A stretch of 64,000 nt of DNA from Lingula anatina (taxonomy: Eukaryota; Animalia; Brachiopoda), in assembly GCA_051362555.1 (NCBI GenBank), contig CM120643.1, positions 11,816,644-11,880,643 of the forward strand. The letters are read 5' to 3'. Below the pieces are notes generated by a model. That model saw only the letters and a list, made by a program, of their open reading frames with translations. It was not told the DNA's origin and made no database searches. Below, piece after piece: positions 54,965 to 64,000 of the stretch. Every line of letters begins with the position of its first letter. Positions within the stretch are counted from its first letter, which is position 1. The position numbers and the translations under genes are program-made.

Positions 54965-56561
54965 TAAAACTTATTTGCAATATTAAACAAAATTTACCTG
55001 CATAATTATCACTGCTTCCTTATTATTAATCTAGCAGAGAGCTTTACCTTTGGGAGTTTACAGGGAAATATCAACAAGTGTGCTTTATGTAATCTCATTT
55101 AATGGCCTATTAAGGCAAATGACTTTATAACTCTGAAATTAATCTAGTGATACCCAAGGGTAATTTACAGACTGACCCACTCAAAGGTCTTTAGGCCCAT
55201 AAGTCACACTTTAAGAAAAGCACAAAACCATAATGCCCAAAATAGGAGACTACCAATCCTGATGCAATAATACATTATGTTTAACTGCACAGTCAACATC
55301 AACTTATGCACAACAGGTAACACAGACGAAATTAAAAGCATAAGGCTTCAGGCCCATCGGAGTTCAAGTTTATACTTAGAAAGTGCCAGAATGAGAAAAA
55401 TGAAAATTTCACAAAAAATGCATAAATTCAATAATAAATGAAAACCCAATTGACCTGGCTTTCTAATTTGAACTGCATGCCAATCCTAAAAATCATACTT
55501 GTAAGTTAAAAATAATAATAAGTTTTCTTTTCATAATGTTTGCAGTAGCAACGCAAAAATATTGTTGTCAATTTTGATGTAACATTACATAATAAATTAT
55601 AGAATAATTATCACCAATCTTTGATTATTGACAATAAATAGCATGGACATGTAGAAAATTTGATTACCATTCGGCTTCATGTCCATGGGAGCTCTGAGTC
55701 CCACAATGAATATGCCAAAATGATACTGAATATTACACTAAAATGTATAACTTCCAGAAAAAGAAGCCAATTAGACTGCTTTTCCAACTCAGGCTGCATT
55801 TTAGTCCTGTGTTTCTTTTTTGAAAGTTTGACAGTCATAAGTAACACGGTTTTCCCATAATGGTCATCATGGCAGCAGCACCCAAAATTGTGTTTTCTTC
55901 TATTTTGATACAACATAACATAATGCTTAAAGCAATAATAACTCTTCCTTTGAGATTCAAAATTCCGCATGAAATACATTGTAAACAACGCATGGAAATA
56001 TATTCTATTGTATTTTACCACTAAAACGGCCGTTATTGTAGTAAAACTAAAATCTGTGCTTGTCAATAGGGCTTACGATGCTTTTCTTCCTGGTCATCAA
56101 GGCATTCGTTGCTAATGACGTAATGGTGTCACGCGGATTCTCGCGTTCATTCGAGACCAAAATAACATATGGCGGCAAACGCATTAATGCAGACGCAGAC
56201 GTAAGTTGCGAGTTTTTGTACAGTGCGTCGGATAACGAAAAGCCCAGAATGGCACACATTGTGGATAATAATGTATTTTTAACAAAAAGACGAATATATC
56301 TCATGAATCTTATATAGTGTTGTTGTTGTCTGCTTTTCCCGCGGTTTTAAGTAGGTCAACAGTGACTATGCGATGTCAGAGAGAGCTCCGTCAGTTAAAA
56401 TCTCTTAAGAGATTTTAACAAAAAACCGTACGTTTAGGAAAAAAACCCTGGATTAACTTTGAATGCAGGAATGGGGTCGCTGACCATTGGTAAGTACGGG
56501 AAAATTGCTGTTTACTCCAGGAAAATCCAATTTTTGGCCAAAATGAAGAGTTATTATGACA

Positions 56562-57630
56562 TTAACAGCATAATGACCATCAATTTTTAATTATAATATA
56601 TACGTATCATGGATTTTCAGAAAATGTGACTAGCATGGGTCTTCAAGCCCGTGGAGGTTCTAAGTCACACCTTGAAAATGCCAATATGTGAAAAATTAAA
56701 TTTTCACAAAAAACTGTTTAACTGCCAGAAAAATTTACCAAACAGACTACATTTCCTACTGAAGCTGTATTTTAGTCCCATGTTTCTTTCCTGTAAGTTT
56801 GAGAACAGTAAGTGACATGATTTTCCTTAAGTGCTCATCATGGGAGCAGTGCCCAAAATAGGGGTTTCTTCAAATTTTAATGTAACATTACATAATGTTT
56901 AACAGCATAATGACCATCAATTTTTAATAATAGAATATTAGTAACATGGACATTCAGAAAATGTGACAAGCAAAGGTCTTCAGGATCATAGAACTTCAAA
57001 GTCACACCTTGAAAATGCCAATATGTGAAAAATTAAATTTTCACAAAAAACTGTTTAACTGCCAGAAAAAATTACCAAACAGACTGCATTGCCTACTGAA
57101 GCTGTATTTTAGTCCCATGTTTCTTTCCTGTAAGTTTGAGAACAGTAAGTGACATGATTTTCCTTAAATGGTCATCATGGGAGCAGTGCCCAAAATAGGG
57201 GTTTCTTCAAATTTTAATGTAACATTACATAATGTTTAACAGCATAATGACCATCAATTTTTAATAATAGAATATTAGTAACATGGACATTCAGAAAATG
57301 TGACAAGCAAAGGTCTTCAGGATCATAGAACTTCAAAGTCACACCTTGAAAATGCCAATATGTGAAAAATTAAATTTTCACAAAAAACTTTCCTGTAAGT
57401 TTGAGAACAGTAAGTGACATGATTTTCCTTAAATGGTCATCATGGGAGCAGTGCCCAAAATAGGGGTTTCTTCAAATTTTGATGCAATATTACATAATGT
57501 TTAACAGCATAATGACCACCAGTTTTTAATAATAAAATAGTAGTATCATGGATATTCAGAAAATGTGACTAGCAAAGGTCTTCAGGCCCATGGAACTTCG
57601 AAGTCACATCTTGAAAATGCCAAAATGTAA
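56562..57630. repeat. 337-bp tandem repeat (~3.3 copies, third with 72-bp deletion); diverged monomers at ~55300-56000, 61700-62230, 62690-62910
   Basis: TTAACAGCATAATGACCA recurs at 56562, 56899, 57236, 57501. Confidence 0.9.
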
Positions 57631-58019
57631 ACAAGACAGCACTTTTCTGAAATGGGTTTATTTCCATTTTTAACCCTTTTTTAACATAAAACAAAATTAA
57701 CAGTTTACTGCCATTTTTATATGACCAACTAAGAAAATTGATGAGATGGGAAAAATATCAATAGAACAGTATTAAATGTCCAATTTCCTCCATTCTGAGA
57801 TTCTGAACATAGTGGATGATTGAATCTGACAAACTGCAATGATATGTGTTTATTTCCATTTTTGACACTTCATTACACAATACACGATAACAAGTTTACC
57901 ATCATTTTTACATTATCAACTAACAATGTTGTAAAGATGCAGGAAATGTCAAAAAAACACTTTTACATATCTTATTAGTTCAATAATGAGACTATTAACA
58001 TGCCTAAGAATTGAATCAG

Positions 58020-58585
58020 AGAAAATGTGAAAAAAAGCATAACTTCCCTAAAAATGACCCAATCATGCTGATTTTTGAACTTGACCTGCGTTTTATACAA
58101 ATTCATCGGTTCTGTAAGTTTCAAACCAAAAGGTAAAACGGTTTTCCACTTATCGTGTTTACGGTGTTGCATTTATATGCTGAAAAAAGTGATAAAACAG
58201 CATAACTTCCCTATAAATGGCCCGATCATGCTGATTTTCGAACTTGACCTGAATATTATGAATATTCATCAGTTCTGTAAGTTTCAAGTCAAAACGTAAA
58301 ACCGTTTTCCACTTATCGTGTTTACGGTGTTGCATATATGCTGAAAAAAGTGAAAAAACAGCATAACTTCCCTAAAAATGGCCCGATCATGCTGATTTTC
58401 GAACTTGACCTGAATATTATGAATATTCATCAGTTCTGTAAGTTTCAAGTCAAAACGTAAAACCATTTTCCACTTATCGTGTTTACGGTAAAAGTGCACG
58501 CCAACGGCAACGGCAACGGCAACGGCGACGACAGACGCAGGTGACGGCTATATGTACAGACACATCTGTGTCTGTACATAAAAAA
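58020..58585 (+). mobile_element. MITE/HINE-like element with three ~162-bp internal tandem repeats, (CAACGG)n and terminal palindrome
   Basis: GCATAACTTCCCTA at 58038, 58200, 58361; hairpin TATGTACAGACAC-ATCT-GTGTCTGTACATA 58551-58580. Confidence 0.8.
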
Positions 58586-58760
58586 CTTGTTCCAAAAAAA
58601 AAACGAATGGTGACAATATTTACATCAAGCTGCTTTAGCAATGTCAACCCTGCAGAAAAATAAATAAAAAATAGATAACGAATCCCGGGTTGTAACTTCA
58701 CTCCCCCATTTATAAAGTACAAAGTGAGTCTCGAGTTATTACTCCACAGGTACAGACCAG

Positions 58761-59532
58761 GGGCCGGTTTCACAAAGCAGTAGTTAGTTAGAACTACTAA
58801 CTACTGAACTACCTCGCTAACGAGCAAACTTAGCGATTTTCGAAGGGTGTTTCACGAAGCAGTAGTTAACTCATCGCTAAGTTCAGTCGTAAAGTTCGGT
58901 CGTTAGTTCTCTCGTTACTCACCGTAGTCTCGAAACCGTCTGCCGGAAGTGGAACTCTTGCGTAAAAGTGTCACGAAAGCACTAACTCTCCAATTTTTGG
59001 TGGCTGAAAATGCATAAGAACGTCTGCTTTGAGGTCGTCGTAAAGGATCTCCACCACCTTTTTGCCGCTCTTTTTGTCACAGCTAGGCGCAACCTCTTGT
59101 AAATTGCATCATCGTGTGTATATTCTAATAGATTCTGCCTTTCATGAAAACGTCGTAGTCTACGTTGCCGTCTGGCGGTACGGATAGCAAGAAAAGTACA
59201 CTCGGAACTACTCGGATGTCTCCGCACTCGACAATAGTATGGAGCTTGCGGAATGAGCCGAGGATTGCCGATTGAGAAAAGTAGCCGCCATATTGGATAC
59301 AAAGACAAACGACAGACAACGGTAACTAAGCAACCTTTTTATTTCACTCATTACGCATGCGTACGATGAAATTCTAGAGCTAGCGACTGGTCTGACCAGT
59401 CGTTAAATATCCAAGGCAACAACGAGACAATAACGAGCGAGAGAACTAGCGACTGCTTCGTGAAACGGCACTATAACTAGCGAGAGGCTAACTACCGATC
59501 GCTAACTAACTACTGCTTTGTGAAACCGGCCC
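58761..59532 (-). mobile_element. Harbinger DNA transposon internal-deletion derivative
   Basis: Perfect ~31-bp TIR GGGCCGGTTTCACAAAGCAGTAGTTAGTTAG, TSD CAG (CWG); remnant RRFHERQNLLEYTHDDAIYKRLRL resembles the Harbinger transposase N-terminus. Confidence 0.85.
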
Positions 59533-60395
59533 CAGGAACGAAAACGGACCAGTGAAAGCAAGGTTTATGACGCCTTGACAACGTGCAGTGTATAATATAC
59601 GCTTGATCCAGCTTAGCCCTCCAAACTAATAGGGTGACATGGGCAATTTTCACAAACAAATAATTGAACTTAAGTATATGTTTCAGTTAGCCTCCTTTTA
59701 AATAAATATACCGTTCTAGGTAAATTAGAATATTGTAGCTTTATTAAATCGCGAAAATATTTTTGACTTAATGATGATTTTATTATTAAGGGAAATTATG
59801 CTACGATGCGTGGTACATATGCTGTGATTACGCTGTCCTTCAACTGTTGCGTTAGGGGGGGGGGGGGGGGGCTCGCATCTGCGGACCCCCGTTTCAAATA
59901 ACCCTGGATCTGTCACTGAAACCTGTTCGTTCATTCAACTTTCATACAAGTTTTTTCTTCGTAGCAGTAGAACCAGGTCTATAGTGGTTTCATATTTCCA
60001 TACCCCCTTTATATAATTGGTCTTGTTTCTAAGCCCCCATCTTTGCTACAAATGTATTAAATCAGTTATACTATTCACCTTATACTCAGGTAGTATCATA
60101 TAGTTAGTGAATGTAGTCAGTCATCCAGAAGAGTAAGAATGATAAATATATTACTGCACGAAAAATCAGCTTTTGTATATCCTGAAAGGTGCTCATTATC
60201 TTTTCAAACCTTTCCTAGACCTCTCGTGTTTTTTGGAAAGGTGTAAAAGACGATCCTTTGTATGGCTGTTACCTATATATGTGAAAAGATATATAATAGC
60301 CCACTGGTATAAACTTTATCATTTATTCCATTAAAACATTTATGTGCAAGATGTGCTTGCATTTTGAAAGTTTTTTTTTTATAATCCAAGGAAAT

Positions 60396-60430
<35 letters not shown>

Positions 60431-60959
60431 TCTATTTTTTAAAATCTTTTTTGATAATCCAAGAAAGATCCAGAAAATGTTCTCTAAATCTAGTTTTTGC
60501 AAGATGCTTAAGTCCTACTATACAGGCGTAACCTCCTGGGCTTGTGGGAGTAGTTTACCTGGAATCGTCTGTCAAGTGAACGCTCAACTTTTATCATATT
60601 TAAAGCATTTTTTTTCAAACTAGGTACTTAAACCATCAACATACGTAAAACAGTCATTTTACAAGGTTTAAAAAGGGTCCTGTAATAGTACCTCCTTCCT
60701 TTCATATTTTTTCATAAGTCCCTCCAGTCCGTTTGCTTGTTTTACAGCATTGTCCTAATTTTCAGGCACGAAGCATCTTTTAATGCCATCTGGTAAAAAA
60801 ATAAAGCGAGTGAATTCTCGATTGGGCCTGAACAGTAGGACAAGTGACTACTTTTTTTTTTACTTTATTTTTCATTTTGAACTTTATTTAAAGAGGGTAA
60901 ACATGTTAAGCGTAAGCCTTCTGTTACCATGCAGTCAGTCAACAGTACTGGATTTGTTC

Positions 60960-61101
60960 CCAGCTACTTCAACATTTATATGCTGAGTGCTAAGCAAGGA
61001 GACAGTAGGTACCATTTTTATAATGGTCTTTGGTATGACCAGGCTGGGGTCATACAACCTACTGTACCTGAGGCGGGCACTCTACCATTTGGGCCATCCG
61101 G
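60960..61101 (-). mobile_element. tRNA-derived SINE fragment
   Basis: Minus strand A-box-like TGGCCCAAATGGTAGAGTG followed by GGTCATACCAAAGAC...AAAAATGGTAC...CTTGCTTAGCACTCAGCAT, a central block I recall from metazoan SINEs. Confidence 0.55.
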
Positions 61102-62245
61102 TTTAAATGGGCCAGGTGTAACAAAATACCTTATTGTTCTCATTCATAATTTTTTGCCTTTGTCCGTCCACCTTGTTTGCTTGTTTTAGAGCATCTTGAT
61201 GCTTCTCAGACATGTAGTAGGCCCGTCTTTTAATAGCATCTGGTAAAGAAATAAAGAGAGTGAATACTTTAGTGTAATATCATACAAACATTTTTCATAA
61301 ATGAAAATATGAATGCTGAAATATCTTGATGCAATGATGAAGATATTCATGATAACTGCTCGATCACGTGACTGAACCGTGTCAGGGTCCATACAACAAT
61401 ATAAAAACAAATTCAAGGACTTCTGAAGCTCTAATTCATGAACTTTTCAATGACTTTTAGAATGCGACTTCCTGACATTTATGAGTTTACATACAAAAAA
61501 GGTGTATTATTTCATACAAGCTTCGTATTTTAATACACTGATGATGAAATATGAAATGAATAAAATGAAAAAAATTAAAAAGGCAGCAAAACTGCCATAT
61601 GTACAGACAAAAAGCAGGAAATAATAATGCACAAAATAGGCTACTGTCAATTATGATACAATGAAACTGGCACATTATGTTTAACTGCAAAGTCAAAACC
61701 AAATTTTAATTATGAACAACAGGTTATAGGCCTACCGATGTATGTAAAATGTACAACAAGCATAAGGCTTCAGGCCTAAGAGAGATCAAGTCCACACTTT
61801 TAAAATGGCAGAATGAGAAAAATGAAAAATTAACAAAAAAAGAATTGCATAAATTTAAAAAATGATATTCCAATAGTTTTTTTTTCTAATTTAAGCTGTA
61901 TGTCAATCATAATTATCATTCTTGTAAGTTAAAGTTTTTTGAACATTTGTGGTGGCAGAGCATAAAGTAGGTTTTTGTCAATATTTATGCAATATTATAT
62001 AATGACTAACTGTATAATTACTACCAATTTTTGATTATCTACTAAAAAAAGTGGACATTTAGAAAAGTTCATTACCATTCAGCTTCATGCCCGTGGGGGT
62101 TCTAAATCCCACAGTAAAAATGCCAATATGTGAAAAGTGAAAATTTCACAAAATTGTATAACTTCCAGAAAGAGAAGCCCATTATACTGATTTTCCAACT
62201 CAGGCTGCATTTTAGCCCTTTGTTTCTTTTTCTTTTTTGTAGTAT

Positions 62246-62284
<39 letters not shown>

Positions 62285-63660
62285 TTTTAAAGATGCATAC
62301 AAAGTCAATTTTTTGTTACAAAAACCTACCAAATGCCAGCATTTAGTTTCAAGTAGTATAACTAAGAGAATTACCAAAAGGCGTTGTTTAATTTTACCTG
62401 AAAATGATGTTTGAACGGATTTTTCTGCTAGCATTCTATGCTGTATGTCAATGGGGCAGAAAAGTAGGTCACGAAGGTAGGTTAAATTTCCGACCAAAAC
62501 TTTAAAGAAAGGAGCAGTCTAAAGCTCTTTTATGGTTGCTCGAGTGGTCTGTTCAGAGTGATCGAGTGATCTATCCCTTGGCATGTCGGTATTTTTTGAG
62601 TCGTATAAGAAACTAGTAGAAGTGGTTTACATGTGTTACTGGGAATCCACGCTCCACCAATGCTCGGTTCGTATGTACAGTACCTTTAAGATCCATAAGT
62701 AACATGGTTTTCCCTTAATGGTCATCATGGCGGCGGGGTTTTCTTCAATTTTGATGCAATATTACATAATGTTTAACAGCATAATGACCATCAATTTTTA
62801 ATTAAAAAAAAAAGGATCATGGCTATCAAGAAAATGTGCCTTGCAAAGGTCTTCAAGCCCATGGCGGTTCGAAGTCACACCTTGAAAATGCCAATATGTG
62901 AAAAATTTAATTTGGCGTCTAGACATGATTCTAGCCAGACGTTTGGGGTGTGGTTTGAGCGTGTTTTAAAACAGCTCCCACTATTCTTTTTTCGTAGAAT
63001 TTTCATCGGTTCCTCATTCTACGTGATAAATTTAGCCAGTCTCTTTTGATATCAGAGGGTGTAGGTGTTTGGGTGCCGATTCTGTTTTGTGGTCACTGGT
63101 GAATGGACCTGAACTGAGGCGGCTTCCTCCTGTTTTAGACTTTTTCCCGTTGATGTTTTTTTGTCCGGAGACGGGTTGGCCATGGGGTGCACTTTCATTC
63201 CCAGGGTGCGTTCTCACTCGGCACTTCTCACCCGACTATTGAGCATCAACACGTCGTTGTCTGAACTCCATAGCTCACAACAGTGACCACATCACACGTA
63301 GGTGACTGTCCTCACCACCCCACTTCAATGTGTTGCCATCTGTTAGCACCGCAGCCACAAAAGCGAGATACTTTTACGTTTTACGTTACTTGTTAACGTT
63401 TTTCTTCATTGTGATCTGCCGAGCAGATACGCATATACAAAGTCGAGACACCTTTGTCAGGACGAGACCTTGCACAATTAGACACAAACCCACAAAGGCG
63501 AGACACCTTTGATGAGGAATTCCAACAACACCACCACTTTTTCCCCTCTCTCCTGGGAAAACCATTGCGTTGAATTCAGCACTGACCACTTACCACCCCT
63601 TTTCTCAACCCCCACCCCCATCCCCCATCACTAGGACTCTGTAGTTGATTAAGGTCACTT

Positions 63661-63930
63661 CATCATCATCATCATCATCATTTAGAGCTTATAGTGTTCC
63701 ACTGTTGGACAAAGGCCTCAGCATGCTTTTTCCATTGTTTCCTATCCTGAGCTTCAGATTTCCAGTTTGGCCAAGGTTTCTTCTTCCAAGACTTCCAGTA
63801 GTCATCTAATTCATCCCTCCATCGTTTGACCGGCCTTCCTCTTTTTCTTTGTCCATACCTTGGGGTCCATTCTGTAAGCCTGATTGTCCACCTATTGTCC
63901 TTCATTCTTTTGACATGTCCTGCCCTTTCC
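63661..63930 (-). mobile_element. RTE-clade LINE 3' fragment with (TGA)n tail
   Basis: AGHVKRMKDNRWTIRLTEWTPR...KRGRPVKRWRDEL; (CAT)n at 63661-63680. Confidence 0.85.
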
Positions 63931-64000
63931 AGCAAGGTCACTTGTTGACCGAAAAACGCTTTCTGCAACCAGGGCTCCGTATCTCGAAAGGTTCACTATG

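Overview
AT-rich animal genomic DNA, probably a marine invertebrate; the H2B N-terminus [24 protein letters not shown] looks molluscan from memory. 1-37.3 kb is the right-hand end of a tandem replication-dependent histone cluster: four H1-less quartets H2B(-)/H2A(+)/H4(-)/H3(+), with 3' stem-loops and a GAAAAGCTA downstream element, several units damaged. It is followed by a head-to-head BOLA3(-)/DECR1(+) pair (38.9-49.6 kb) and a repeat-rich tail (MITEs, a Harbinger deletion derivative, 337-bp and 162-bp tandem arrays, SINE, RTE). The main observation is a candidate histone-promoter-targeting retrotransposon system. Three I-group (APE+RT) LINE insertions from two diverged families all sit in sense orientation at histone cap sites, 22-23 nt downstream of the TATA element. 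Two of them, from different families, are at exactly the same nucleotide 40 nt upstream of the H3 ATG, with 13/12-bp TSDs; the third is at the H2A cap site. The elements have no terminal poly(A). Instead they share a covarying ~70-nt 3' RNA structure. The intact copy starts with cap-like CATTC repeats directly behind the H3 promoter and carries a canonical histone mRNA stem-loop inside ORF1. Other points: a BOLA3 terminal exon captured in every histone spacer with only synonymous changes, and a probable two-exon 60-aa microprotein gene nested in DECR1 intron 1. All coordinates were counted by hand (allow a few nt) and no database searches were run, so novelty is unverified.
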